DNA of 64,000 nt. Source: Chloroflexota bacterium (GTDB lineage Bacteria > Chloroflexota > UBA11872 > VXOZ01). Both the position numbers and the translations under genes were made by a program. The notes under the pieces were generated by a model. That model was not told the origin of the DNA. It did not search any database and worked only from the letters and a program-made list of their open reading frames with translations. Shown here piece after piece: positions 1 to 9,640 of this stretch (position 1 is its first letter; the number at the start of each line of letters is the position of its first letter). The stretch lies in NCBI GenBank assembly GCA_963662335.2, contig CAXXVD010000001.1:384001-448000 (forward strand), in the 5' to 3' direction.

Positions 1-68
1 GGCATTGGTGTTGAGTCGGCGTAGCCGACACGGCGGCCCGCACGCGATACAATCGCCACGCGCGCGGC

Positions 69-713
69 TCACCCTTCGTTTGCGCAACGTCGCGGCGCCT
101 TCTCCCGCGCTCCGGCGGCCTCGTACGCCGTCCGCCACACGACCAGATCGGCAATCACGTTCCCGTCCGGCTCGGTGACCGTGGCGTGGCGGCTGAAGCC
201 ATTCTTCGCAAAAGCGCGCTGGCTGCGGCGGTTTTCTTCCTTTACCAGGCCGAAGATGGCGTCGGCCTTCTCCGCGCTAAAGCCAAAGTCCACCAGCAGC
301 CCAATCGCCTCCGTCCCGTAGCCGCGGCCCCAGAGCGCTTTCTCGCCGATCATCAGGTCGATCCGGCGCAGGTCGTGGTCGGGAAATTGCGAGACGATGC
401 GTTGCAGGTTCATGCGTTGCAGCCAGCACTCGCCGATGGGATTCCCATCCACCTCCATGATGAAACAATAGGCGTGGGTGGAAATCCAGCGGTAGATGGT
501 CTGCAATTCCGCCAATGTCGTTTCTTCGAATGGATTGGCGTCCGCGAGTTCCATCACCACCGGGTCGTTATTCCACGTGAGCAGCGCGTCCCAATCGCCT
601 TCCGTCATGGGGCGCAGTGTCACCGCGCCGCCGCGCAGGATGACGTCGTGTGGCGCCAGCGACGAGGGCCGGCGTTCCGGCGTTGGCTGAAGTTCCGGGA
701 TGACAGGGTTCAT
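69..713 (-). CDS. GNAT N-acetyltransferase (RimJ/RimL-like)
   Basis: LRPMTEGD N-terminus and acetyl-CoA motif IGEKALWGRGYGTEAI...N.RSQRAF.KNGF. Confidence 0.85.
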   Translation of the reverse strand: MNPVIPELQPTPERRPSSLAPHDVILRGGAVTLRPMTEGDWDALLTWNNDPVVMELADANPFEETTLAELQTIYRWISTHAYCFIMEVDGNPIGECWLQRMNLQRIVSQFPDHDLRRIDLMIGEKALWGRGYGTEAIGLLVDFGFSAEKADAIFGLVKEENRRSQRAFAKNGFSRHATVTEPDGNVIADLVVWRTAYEAAGAREKAPRRCANEG

Positions 714-811
714 GGGAGTAGTATACTAGCAGAAGAAGCAGGAGCGCGGTGCAGCGCGGGCAGCCGCTTGCGCAGCACGCCGCCTTTTCACAGCATCGAG
801 GAGCAACGCGC

Positions 812-1516
812 ATGAGCCAGGTACAAGAGCGAATAGCCGTCAGCACGGAGATCGACGAGCGGTGGCTGCCGCCGTCGCCGCACCGGGAGAAGATTCTGAA
901 AAAAATCGCCCAGGGACGCGCCCACGTGGAAGAGGCCGGGCACGGCCAGCCGCCGCTGGTCTATTTCGAGGACGGCGGCATGATGGAGTTGCCCCGCGTG
1001 CGCTGGGCCGGCGCCAACCAGTTCGTGCCGGACATGTCGGAGGGTGAAGCCGCGCGCCAGACCCACTACACCGACGTCTGCGGCAGCATCGATGAATTGA
1101 AGCGCATCGAGGAAGAAGAACCGGCGCGGGTGCGGTCGGACGCCGCGCACGTCGAGGCGCTCCTGGACGACATCCAGCACATGATGGAGCGCATGCAGCG
1201 CCGCTGGGAGGTCTACCGGGAAGCCGCCGACGCGCTGCTGGATGCGGCCCAGGCGATGCAGGAGATTACCGGCCCGGACGTGCCCGGCGGCCTGGAGAAA
1301 CTGGCGGAGATGCGCCAATTCCTGCTGGAACGTCCCGACGAGGTGGCCGCCAACGTGCCCTGGCTCCACCAAACCGCCGAAGAGGTGCGCAGCGTGGCCG
1401 GCGCGAACGAAAAAACCCTCTACGCCTACCGCGAAGCCTGGATCGAAGCCGGCGCGGCCTACCTGCGCGTCAAAGGCAGCCGGGCGTGGAACAGCGAGAA
1501 TGGGCAGACTTCATGA
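812..1516 (+). CDS. hypothetical protein
   Basis: Long ORF with genome-typical codon usage; GAGGAG RBS before ATG 812; no family recognised. Confidence 0.7.
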   Translation: MSQVQERIAVSTEIDERWLPPSPHREKILKKIAQGRAHVEEAGHGQPPLVYFEDGGMMELPRVRWAGANQFVPDMSEGEAARQTHYTDVCGSIDELKRIEEEEPARVRSDAAHVEALLDDIQHMMERMQRRWEVYREAADALLDAAQAMQEITGPDVPGGLEKLAEMRQFLLERPDEVAANVPWLHQTAEEVRSVAGANEKTLYAYREAWIEAGAAYLRVKGSRAWNSENGQTS

Positions 1517-1593
1517 ACTCGCCTAACGAGGATGCCGCCACTTGCGTCGCGCTTCTTTCTGCGTAGCAAGCAGACCCAACAGAATGGCAATCG

Positions 1594-1989
1594 GTGAAGT
1601 TGCCCAATGCTTGTCAGGCCCGCATCGATAGGGAGAAGATTACGGGCTACTTGCTATCAACGACCAGCCCCCGCGGCCAATCGAAAGCACGCTTCTTCCT
1701 GCGATTTGGGTTTAGAGCCGAGCGTTGGCGGGACTTTGCGGAAACCCTTAGGCGTCATGGGGCGACTAACGAGATTGGCAAGGTTCTTCAGACGGTTTAC
1801 GGAAGTCGCTACTACGTGGCGGGCGCCATGCGAACACCGGATGGCCGCAATCCGCGTGTGGTGACCATCTGGCAAGTTGATCCGGGCAGCGATATTCCAA
1901 GACTCATTACGGCATACCCAGCAGGAGAAAGCGAGAGTGTTCAAGGAACACGAACAGATCGTCCTCGTGGCGGCAGTTCGCGGCGATGA
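1594..1989 (+). CDS. DUF6883-like protein (putative toxin of a two-gene pair)
   Basis: MKLPNA..A.I...KITGYLL....PRG.SKARFF...GF ... TIW.......PRLITAYP pattern. Confidence 0.7.
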   Translation: MKLPNACQARIDREKITGYLLSTTSPRGQSKARFFLRFGFRAERWRDFAETLRRHGATNEIGKVLQTVYGSRYYVAGAMRTPDGRNPRVVTIWQVDPGSDIPRLITAYPAGESESVQGTRTDRPRGGSSRR

Positions 1990-2179
1990 CGGAGAAGAAC
2001 TACAGCCGGGAGACGTCGGCAGCATCGTGCACGTGCATGCCAAGGGCGAAGCCTTCGTGGTGGAATTCATGGCCTGGGACGGCGAAACCGTAGCCATCGC
2101 TACAGTGTTGCCTTCGCAGGCGCGTCAGGTAACGAACGCTGACCTCGCACATGCCCGCGTGGTAGAGACGACTGCGTGA
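1937..2179 (+). CDS. DUF4926-like protein
   Basis: GTG 1937 with GGAG RBS; FKEHE.IVL...PGDVGSIVHV....AFVVEF....GET.AIATV pattern. Confidence 0.75.
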   Translation: MFKEHEQIVLVAAVRGDDGEELQPGDVGSIVHVHAKGEAFVVEFMAWDGETVAIATVLPSQARQVTNADLAHARVVETTA

Positions 2180-2249
2180 ACGCTCCAAACTACACCTGCG
2201 GTCAACCCTTGGTGCAATGGGCCGTGGCGCTTGGTGGGAGAACGTGCCT

Positions 2250-2924
2250 CTATCCCGACTTATCGGGCAAATGCGGTATCAGCCACGCCAACAGGGCGTC
2301 GGTGCTGCGGGACTGGATGGTGATCGTGCCGGGGCCGGTGAGTTCCACCACCAGGCCTTCGCCGCTGAAGAAGGTGGACTTCATGCCGCCCACGCGCTTC
2401 ACGTTGTAGCCCACGCCTTCGGCGAACGAGACGATGTGGCCGGTGTCCACGGTGTAGGTTTGGCCCGCTTCCAGCGTGACCTCGTGAATGGCGCCGTAGC
2501 TGGAGAGGAAGACCGTGCCGCTGCCGCTGATCTTAAGCATGAAAAAGCCTTCGCCGGAGAAGAAGGTCTTGGCGCCGCCCCAGGAGGTATCCACGTCGAT
2601 GCCTTGGGTGGAGGCGATGTAGGCTCCCGACTGCGCGTAGATGGTCTCGCCGCGCAGTTCCACCGCGTAGACGTCGCCCGGCAGGCTGGGGGCAAAGTTC
2701 ACCTCGCCGTCCTGCGATGCGGTGAACGAATTGACGAAGAACGACTCGCCGCCCAGGACTTTGCGCTTCAAGCCGCCCAGCAGGCCGCCGCGCATACTGG
2801 TCTCGATTTCGATGCCGCTGGACATGCTGACCATCGCGCCCGATTCGGCGCTCACGCTCTCGCCGGCGGAAATCTCCATCCTGAGCAGGGCATACGACGG
2901 ACGATGCAGAATCTCGTAATCCAC
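2250..2924 (-). CDS. TIGR00266/AIM24 family protein
   Basis: AESGAMVSMS, GGESFF.N.F, twice FFSGEG, VDTGHIV.F, GPG.I.IQSR; GTG 2924 with GGGAG RBS. Confidence 0.9.
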   Translation of the reverse strand: MDYEILHRPSYALLRMEISAGESVSAESGAMVSMSSGIEIETSMRGGLLGGLKRKVLGGESFFVNSFTASQDGEVNFAPSLPGDVYAVELRGETIYAQSGAYIASTQGIDVDTSWGGAKTFFSGEGFFMLKISGSGTVFLSSYGAIHEVTLEAGQTYTVDTGHIVSFAEGVGYNVKRVGGMKSTFFSGEGLVVELTGPGTITIQSRSTDALLAWLIPHLPDKSG

Positions 2925-3019
2925 TTGGGCCTCCCTATGAGCCTGGAATAAGCACTGCACGCTAGGCATAGCGTACCGCATTGCGGGCGCGCGGCGCATC
3001 TTTGGGCAATCGGCGGGCC

Positions 3020-3874
3020 TTACTCGACGCTCTCCGCCAGCGCCTGCAGGTCGAGGCCGGGCACGTTCGTGCTCAGCACATGGATGCGCCCGTCGGCCAC
3101 CCAGACGAGCATCGGGTCGCCCTCATCCACGTCGTCGAAGAACCGCACCGCCGTTGCCGAGCCCACGCTCACCTCTTCAGACATGCCCTCCACCAGCGGC
3201 AGGAGCAGCGTGCTCTCCCAGTCGCTGACCGCACGAAGTTGCGCGGCCAGTTCCGGCGGCAGGATTTCCAATTCCAGCAGTTCGGCGCGTATGGCGTCCA
3301 TGTCTATCTCGCCGGGGACCGCCAGCGTGGGGCTGGTAGTTTGGAAGAGCCACACGCCCATGTCGGGATCCTCTTTCGCGGCATAGAAGAGCAGTCCCGC
3401 CTGGGGCATGGTGACGCGGAAGACCGCGCCTTCAAGGTTATCGGGAAGAATAGCGCCGTCGCCGCCCAGCGCCCAGATGTAGTTGCGCGCCACCGGCAAG
3501 TCAATCGTAAACGCGCCTTCTTCCTCATCCGTTATCTTGACCGTGGGTTCCGGCTGCACCGTGTCGGGCACCGCGGAGAGGCGCGCCAAACGGAAGCCCA
3601 GTTCCTCTTCCGCTTCCGCAAGCGAAACTTCGCGCGACTCGCCCGCGCCCGTGGGTTCTTCCACCCATTGGATGAGTGCGGCGTCCGGCTCCGGCAGCGA
3701 ATCCAGGAACTCCTGGGTAATTTGCACGGTCTGCGCCTGCTCGACCCGGAAGAGATTGAGGAACTGCTGGCCGGCGCTGCGCACGGAAGCGAAGATTATG
3801 ATGAGCAGAATGACCACGCCCACCGCCAAGGCGGAGACGCCGATCCATGCTCGTCTGTCGAGTGTCTGCAACAT
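3020..3874 (-). CDS. single-TM membrane-anchored protein, resembling the extracytoplasmic part of anti-sigma (DUF4367-like) proteins
   Basis: N-terminal TM, then VRSAGQQFLNLFRV, SLAEAEEELGF, and C-terminal LVW..DGR...L.....L.ALAES. Confidence 0.55.
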   Translation of the reverse strand: MLQTLDRRAWIGVSALAVGVVILLIIIFASVRSAGQQFLNLFRVEQAQTVQITQEFLDSLPEPDAALIQWVEEPTGAGESREVSLAEAEEELGFRLARLSAVPDTVQPEPTVKITDEEEGAFTIDLPVARNYIWALGGDGAILPDNLEGAVFRVTMPQAGLLFYAAKEDPDMGVWLFQTTSPTLAVPGEIDMDAIRAELLELEILPPELAAQLRAVSDWESTLLLPLVEGMSEEVSVGSATAVRFFDDVDEGDPMLVWVADGRIHVLSTNVPGLDLQALAESVE

Positions 3875-3934
3875 TCAACTCTTCCTTTCTGTTACGGTGG
3901 TTAGCGTGTTGAGAACTGTAATTCGCTTGCGTCT

Positions 3935-4021
3935 CCGTTCACCCTTCGACGGCGCTCAGTGCTAACGGAAACTAGAGTTTTCGACGGCCGCTCGCCCTTC
4001 GACGGCGCTCAGGGCGAACGG
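3935..4021. repeat. two tandem REP-like palindromes (CCGTTC.CCCTTCGAC...GCTCAG.GC.AACGG family)
   Basis: Copies at 3935-3968 and 3988-4021; same family at 51903-52006. Confidence 0.75.
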
Positions 4022-4428
4022 TAGTAAGGATTTCGAGAACTCGCGCGGGTTGTGCGGCACGGGTCTCGCATACGGGTCTTGTGTAGGGAATTCCGCCGCG
4101 CTCCATTCTAAACGGCAATTCTGAGTAGCCCCTGAGAGAAGCGCTCGCAACGCGCGAACCTCCGCACAATCGGCACGCGCCGCCCACGGCACGCTTGCCA
4201 CGTACCGCGAGCGTGGCCGCCCCGGTTGACTTAGGTAGGGACGCGGCGTATTGCGGCTGCGCAGCCGGGGGCAACCGGCCGTCTCTCCCTTCATCAGTAT
4301 ACTCTGCCGCGGGCGCCGCGTATGCTATACTGGCCTTGCGTCGGGCTGCGGCCGCAGACGCGCCGAAACCGGGGTGAACACAATGCGCATTTCCCCCGCT
4401 GCGTATTGCAACGGGGCCGTCTGGGAGG

Positions 4429-5373
4429 ATGCGAGCCGTGGCGGCGGAGTTGGCAATCGAAACGCGGCAACTCACGAAGTACTACGGCAAGAGCCGCGGC
4501 GTGGTGGATCTGGACCTGGAGGTGCGGCGCGGCGAAATCTACGGCTTCGTCGGCCCCAACGGCGCGGGCAAGACGACCACGGTGCGCTTGCTGCTGGACC
4601 TCATCCGCCCCACGCGCGGTTCCGCCACCGTTCTCGGCATGGACGTGGTGGGCCAATCGAAAGCCATTCGCGCCCGCGTCGGCTTCCTGCCCGGCGAACT
4701 GCGCATGTACGAGAACCTCACCGGCCGGCAACTGCTGCGCTTCTTCGGCAGCGTGCGCGGCGTGACGGACCTGACGTACGTTCACGAATTGGGCGAGCGC
4801 CTGAGCGCGGCGCTCGACCGCCGCATCAGCACGCTCTCCCGGGGCAACAAGCAGAAGATCGGCGTGCTCCAGGCGCTCATGCACCGGCCCGACCTGGTGC
4901 TCTTCGATGAGGCCACCAGCGGCCTCGACCCGCTCATGCAACAGGAACTCTACGGCATCCTGGACGAATACCGCCAGCAAGGCGGCACGGTCTTCTTTTC
5001 CAGCCACTACCTGGACGAGGTGGAGCGCATCTGCGACCGGGTGGGCGTAATCCGCGACGGCCGGCTCATTCTGAGCGACACCTTGGAAGCGATCCAGGAG
5101 AAGCACGTGCGGCGGTTGCGCCTGGATTTCGCCGAGCCGCCGCCGGCTGACTTCCTCAGCGACGTGCCCGGCGTGCAGAAGGAATCGCAAGAGGGCGCGA
5201 CGGTGGTCGCGCTGGTGCAGGACAACCTGGCCGGCGCGCTCAAGGAAGCGGCGCGCTACACCGTGGTGGACATCGAATACCAGGAGCGCCGCCTGGAAGA
5301 CATCTTCCTCCAGTACTACGATATGCGCGAGGACGCACATGCTGCGGAATCTACTGCTCAAGACTCTGCGTGA
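4429..5373 (+). CDS. ABC-2 type transporter ATP-binding protein
   Basis: Walker A GPNGAGKTT, signature LSRGNKQK, Walker B LFDEATSGLDP, H-loop SSH. Confidence 0.95.
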   Translation: MRAVAAELAIETRQLTKYYGKSRGVVDLDLEVRRGEIYGFVGPNGAGKTTTVRLLLDLIRPTRGSATVLGMDVVGQSKAIRARVGFLPGELRMYENLTGRQLLRFFGSVRGVTDLTYVHELGERLSAALDRRISTLSRGNKQKIGVLQALMHRPDLVLFDEATSGLDPLMQQELYGILDEYRQQGGTVFFSSHYLDEVERICDRVGVIRDGRLILSDTLEAIQEKHVRRLRLDFAEPPPADFLSDVPGVQKESQEGATVVALVQDNLAGALKEAARYTVVDIEYQERRLEDIFLQYYDMREDAHAAESTAQDSA

Positions 5374-6142
5374 CCAGCGCATCCCGGTGCTGGCCTACGG
5401 GCTGGGCTTGGGCGCGCTGGCGCTGCTGATCATCGCGATCTATCCCACGTTTGCCGAGGGCGGCGCCGAGATGGAGGCGGCGATGGAAAACTTGCCGGAG
5501 GCCTATAAGGCCTTTACCGGCGGCGTGCTCTCATTGACCGAGTTCGACGGCTACCTGGTGTCGCAATACCTGATCATCCTGCCGCTCATCCTGGCGATCT
5601 TCGCCATCATCGAGGGCACCGGCGCGCTGCGTGGTGAAGAGGAACGCGGCACCATGGAAGCCCTGCTCTCGCTGCCCATATCCCGCAGCCAGGTCGTGCT
5701 GCACAAGGCGGCCGCCGCGCTGCTGAGCCTCGTCGTCGTCCTCTTGATCATCGGCGTCGTGCTTTGGGTGAGCGCCGGCTTCGTAGAAGGAGCCACGTTG
5801 GCAATCGACCGCCTCGGCGTAATCCTGCTCAATACCTTTGGCATGGGCGCGCTCTTCTATTGCTTCTCGCTCTTCCTCTCCGCTTCGCTGCCGTCGCGCC
5901 GGCTGGCCGGGGTTATCGGGGCCGTGTTCGCCGTCGGCGCGTACTTCTTCGACGCCATGGCGGACATCGTCGAGAACCTCCACGACTATCGTTTCCTGGG
6001 GCCGTTCAACTACTTCGACCCGCTGGCAATCCTGAAAGAAGACCTCTCTTTCCAGGATTCCGGCGTGCTGCTCGGCGCCAGCCTGGTCCTGCTGATTGGC
6101 GCAATGCTCATCTTCCGCCGCCGGGATATTGCCGGTATCTAG
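5339..6142 (+). CDS. ABC-2 transporter permease
   Basis: About 6 hydrophobic segments, GEEERGTME.LLSLP.SR, C-terminal FRRRDI; overlaps the ATPase gene. Confidence 0.92.
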   Translation: MLRNLLLKTLRDQRIPVLAYGLGLGALALLIIAIYPTFAEGGAEMEAAMENLPEAYKAFTGGVLSLTEFDGYLVSQYLIILPLILAIFAIIEGTGALRGEEERGTMEALLSLPISRSQVVLHKAAAALLSLVVVLLIIGVVLWVSAGFVEGATLAIDRLGVILLNTFGMGALFYCFSLFLSASLPSRRLAGVIGAVFAVGAYFFDAMADIVENLHDYRFLGPFNYFDPLAILKEDLSFQDSGVLLGASLVLLIGAMLIFRRRDIAGI

Positions 6143-6374
6143 AGCCACCGGCTTGGTTTGCGGCTGGCTCCGCAGTCGCAAACGGATTTTCTCTGGAGAT
6201 TACTTGTGGTATGAATGCGGAAGTTTTACCTTCGCTATCCTCAATGAACCAATCCCCTCTTCAATTTGGATTATTCGGGGTGACATTTAAGTTGTTCTTT
6301 GATATTGTGGAAAAGGGTCGCCTCGCAGCGAGTGCACTGTGAAGTGAGCCAATTTCAGCAGGCAGGAGGACAAG

Positions 6375-6533
6375 ATGGGTAAACAGAGCGATCTCGACAA
6401 CCACGCCGATCAGCTCAACCCCAACAACGATGCCTACTGGGAGTCGAGGGGATTTGACGAGCGGCCTGACGATTGGGAAGAGCGCGTCGAAGAGGATGAG
6501 GAGGAAGCTGAGCAAAGCCCCCGCACCAAGTAG
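6375..6533 (+). CDS. small acidic hypothetical protein (52 aa, DNHADQLNPNNDAYW motif)
   Basis: AGGAGG RBS, ATG 6375, TAG 6531-6533; MGKQSDLDNHADQLNPNNDAYWESRGFDERPDDWEERVEEDEEEAEQSPRTK; below the ORF-track cutoff. Confidence 0.7.
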   Translation: MGKQSDLDNHADQLNPNNDAYWESRGFDERPDDWEERVEEDEEEAEQSPRTK

Positions 6534-6822
6534 GTGCTAGCACACACTTGACACCGTGGCAAGAGCCTGGTCAGTAGCGGCCCCACCAGGCTCTCGCTGC
6601 GGGATAGACTACAATTAGAACTGCACTTACGCCAAAGTACAGCCAAGCGGGCGTTCCAAACCAAGTTTGGCAGCGGCACAAGCGGATACTATAATCGAAG
6701 TACATAAAGTCGGAACTACAATCATGTGCGCGTTCGGTGCACGTGTGGTGGAGTGCAGAAGTCCCCGGCGGACGTAGATCGCCGAATCGGCGATGCGACG
6801 CGAACGAAGGGAGAAACGAGCG

Positions 6823-7224
6823 ATGCCGCGGCTGGACACCCACAGGGCAGTAAAGACGCTTACGGGCGCGGGCTTTCAAGAGCATCAGGCGGAAGCCCTA
6901 GTCGGTGTGGTCGGCGAGGAACATGAAGACCTGGCCACCAAACCTGACCTTGCTGCGATGCGTGCGGAGATGGCAACCAAAGCCGACATAGCCGACGTCC
7001 GGGAGGAGATGGCAACCAAGGCCGACCTCGCCGGTGTGCGCGAAGAAATGGCAACCAAGGCCGACCTCGCTGCCGTGCGGGAGGAGATGGCTACCAAAAC
7101 AGACCTGCGTGAACTGGAATTGCGCATGACGATTCGCTTGGGTGGAATCGTGGCTATCGCGGCTGCTTTGGTGATCGCAATTCAGGGACTCCTGCTGGCG
7201 TTTCTTCAAGGCGCATTTTCTTAG
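6823..7224 (+). CDS. DUF1640/CCDC90-like coiled-coil membrane protein
   Basis: DTHRAVKTL..AGF.E.QAEALV, repeated ATKADL, LELRMTIRLG followed by a C-terminal TM. Confidence 0.8.
   Translation: MPRLDTHRAVKTLTGAGFQEHQAEALVGVVGEEHEDLATKPDLAAMRAEMATKADIADVREEMATKADLAGVREEMATKADLAAVREEMATKTDLRELELRMTIRLGGIVAIAAALVIAIQGLLLAFLQGAFS
6931..7110 (+). repeat. intragenic 33-bp tandem repeat (about 5 units of EEMATKADLAAVR-like 11-mers)
   Basis: gagatggcaaccaaggccgacctcgc... recurs with a 33-bp period. Confidence 0.85.
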
Positions 7225-7301
7225 GCGCAGATTCCAGGAGTGCTGACTATAGGCGAGAGATCGGCGCAGCCGTGCCGCTACCGCGATTGGGAGTCTGTTC
7301 T

Positions 7302-8462
7302 GTGAGCGACATCATCTTCCTCGACCACGCCGCTACTACGCCGGTGGATCCGGCCGTGCTCGATGCCATGCTGCCCTATCTCACGGAGCAGTGGGGCAAT
7401 CCTTCCGGCATCTACGGTATCGCGCGCCGGGCCAAACAGGCGTTGGAAGAGGCGCGGGAGGACATCGCGGACGTCTTCCTGTGCAGTCCCAACGAAATCG
7501 TCTTCACCGGCAGCGGCAGTGAGGGCGCGAATCTCGCCTTGAAGGGCGTGGCGTACGCCCGGCGCGACGAGGGCCGGCACATCATCACGACCCAGATCGA
7601 GCACCACGCCGTGCTGCACACGTGCCACCGGCTGGAGCAGGAGGGATTCGAGGTAACGTACCTGCCGGTGGACGGCTATGGTGTCGTAGATCTGGACGCG
7701 CTGCGGGAGGCGGTGCGCCCGGATACCATTCTGCTGAGCATGATGATTGCCAACAACGAGGTCGGCGCAATCCAGCCGCTGCAAGAAGCCATCGCGTTGG
7801 CGCGGGAACGGAATCAGGACATCGTGACGCACACCGACGCGGTGCAGGCGGCCGGCTGCATGGAGTTGGACGTGGAAGAGCTTGACATTGACCTGATGTC
7901 AATTGCGGCGCACAAGTTCTACGGGCCGAAAGGGGTGGGCGCGCTCTTCGCCCGGCGCGGCACGCCGCTCATTCCCCTGGTTCAGGGCGGCGGACAGGAA
8001 CGCAACCGGCGCTCCGGCACGGAAAACGTGCCCTACGCGATCGGCATGGCAAAGGCGCTCACGCTGGCCCACACCCACCGCGACGAACGCAACGCGCACT
8101 GCGAGGCCCTGCGCGACCGCCTGCTGGACGGCGTCTGCGCGCGCATCGAGATTGCGGAAGTCACCGGGCATCCCACCCGGCGGCTGCCTCACGTGGCCAG
8201 CTTTACGTTCGCGAACGTGGAGGGCGAAACCGTGCTCCTGAATCTCGACCTGCACGACGTCTGCGCCTCGGCCGGTTCCGCCTGCTCCGCCACCTCGCTG
8301 GAGCCTTCGCACGTGCTGCAGGCGATGGGCGTTCCCGTGCACCGGGCGCGGGGCGCGCTGCGCCTGAGCGTCGGCTACGGCAACACGACGGACGAAATCG
8401 AGCACGTGCTGGAGTTGCTGCCCGGCATTGTCAGCCAGTTGCGCGCGCTGGCCGTGGTGTAA
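7302..8462 (+). CDS. iscS: cysteine desulfurase (IscS/NifS class)
   Basis: FLDHAATTP, HTDAVQ, PLP Lys in AHKFYGPKG, RSGTEN, catalytic SAGSAC. Confidence 0.92.
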   Translation: MSDIIFLDHAATTPVDPAVLDAMLPYLTEQWGNPSGIYGIARRAKQALEEAREDIADVFLCSPNEIVFTGSGSEGANLALKGVAYARRDEGRHIITTQIEHHAVLHTCHRLEQEGFEVTYLPVDGYGVVDLDALREAVRPDTILLSMMIANNEVGAIQPLQEAIALARERNQDIVTHTDAVQAAGCMELDVEELDIDLMSIAAHKFYGPKGVGALFARRGTPLIPLVQGGGQERNRRSGTENVPYAIGMAKALTLAHTHRDERNAHCEALRDRLLDGVCARIEIAEVTGHPTRRLPHVASFTFANVEGETVLLNLDLHDVCASAGSACSATSLEPSHVLQAMGVPVHRARGALRLSVGYGNTTDEIEHVLELLPGIVSQLRALAVV

Positions 8463-8538
8463 GTCCGGCAAGTGCGACATTGGTCTGCGGCTGTCGGGTA
8501 ACCGGCCGTATTTCCCTATCGGACGCAGCGCCTCCTAG

Positions 8539-9636
8539 ATGCCCATGGATTTCATGACTCGCGCTCTCAACCTTGCGGAGCGGGCGCAAGGTCGCACGTC
8601 TCCAAATCCCGCTGTCGGCGCTGTGATCGCGCGGGACGGCGTTGTGGTCGGGGAAGGGTTCACGCAGCCGCCCGGACGGGCTCACGCCGAGGTCATGGCG
8701 CTGGAACAAGCCGGGGCGGCTACCAGGGGCGCTGACCTCTACGTGACGCTCGAGCCCTGCGCGTTTTACGGACGCACGCCGCCCTGCGCGGACGCCATCA
8801 TCGCGGCCGGTATCGCGCGCGTGCACGTGGGCGTGCTCGACCCGCATCCGCAGGTCAACGGGCAGGGCGCGGCGCGTCTCCGCGCCGCCGGTATCGCGGT
8901 TGACGTGGGCGTCAAGGGCGCGCAGGCCCGGCGCTGCCACGAGGCGTATCTCTATAGCGTGCAGAGCGGCCGGCCGTTTGTGACGTTGAAGATGGCGATG
9001 AGCGCCGACGGCAAAGCGGCCGGCGGTGAAACACGGTATTTGACTAGTCAAGCGGCCCTCACGCACGTCCATGAATTGCGCGACCGCAGCGACGCGATCG
9101 TGGCCGGCGTCGGCACGGTGACTGCCGACGACCCGCGCTTGACGACGCGCCTGGCGCGGCCCGACGTGCGGCATCCCCGGCGCTTCATCCTGGATAGCCG
9201 CGGCCGAACGCCGCTGAATGCCCGCGTCCTGCAGCCGGACCTCCCCGGCCAAACCACAATCGTTACCACAGAAGCGGCCCCGGCGGAGCGGCTGCGGCAG
9301 TTCCGGGCGTGCGGCGTAGACGTGTGGCCGCTGCCGGCGTCAAAAGGCCGCATCGACCTGGCGGAATTCTTGCGCGCACTCCACGCGGCCGGCGTTCGCT
9401 CGGCGCTGCTGGAGGGCGGCCCGACCCTGGCCGCGGCATTCCTGAACCAAAACCACGTGCGAAAGTTCCTGCTCTTCGTCGCGCCGCTCCTGGTCGGCAA
9501 CGATGTTGCGCCGCCGCTGCTGGACGGACACGGCGCCGGCACGCTAGCTGCGGCGCGGCGGTTCCACTTTACTTCAGTTAAGCGCATCGGCCCCGACGTG
9601 CTCCTGGCCGCGTACCTCCATGGTGGCGGGGGCTAG
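8539..9636 (+). CDS. ribD: bifunctional riboflavin deaminase/reductase
   Basis: TSPNPAVG, HAE, TLEPC...GRTPPC, DDPRLTTR, LEGG. Confidence 0.96.
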   Translation: MPMDFMTRALNLAERAQGRTSPNPAVGAVIARDGVVVGEGFTQPPGRAHAEVMALEQAGAATRGADLYVTLEPCAFYGRTPPCADAIIAAGIARVHVGVLDPHPQVNGQGAARLRAAGIAVDVGVKGAQARRCHEAYLYSVQSGRPFVTLKMAMSADGKAAGGETRYLTSQAALTHVHELRDRSDAIVAGVGTVTADDPRLTTRLARPDVRHPRRFILDSRGRTPLNARVLQPDLPGQTTIVTTEAAPAERLRQFRACGVDVWPLPASKGRIDLAEFLRALHAAGVRSALLEGGPTLAAAFLNQNHVRKFLLFVAPLLVGNDVAPPLLDGHGAGTLAAARRFHFTSVKRIGPDVLLAAYLHGGGG

Positions 9637-9640
9637 GCGC

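Noticed and set aside
8463-8538. FMN riboswitch upstream of ribD
   Set aside because: Gap is only about 76 bp and lacks recognisable RFN consensus
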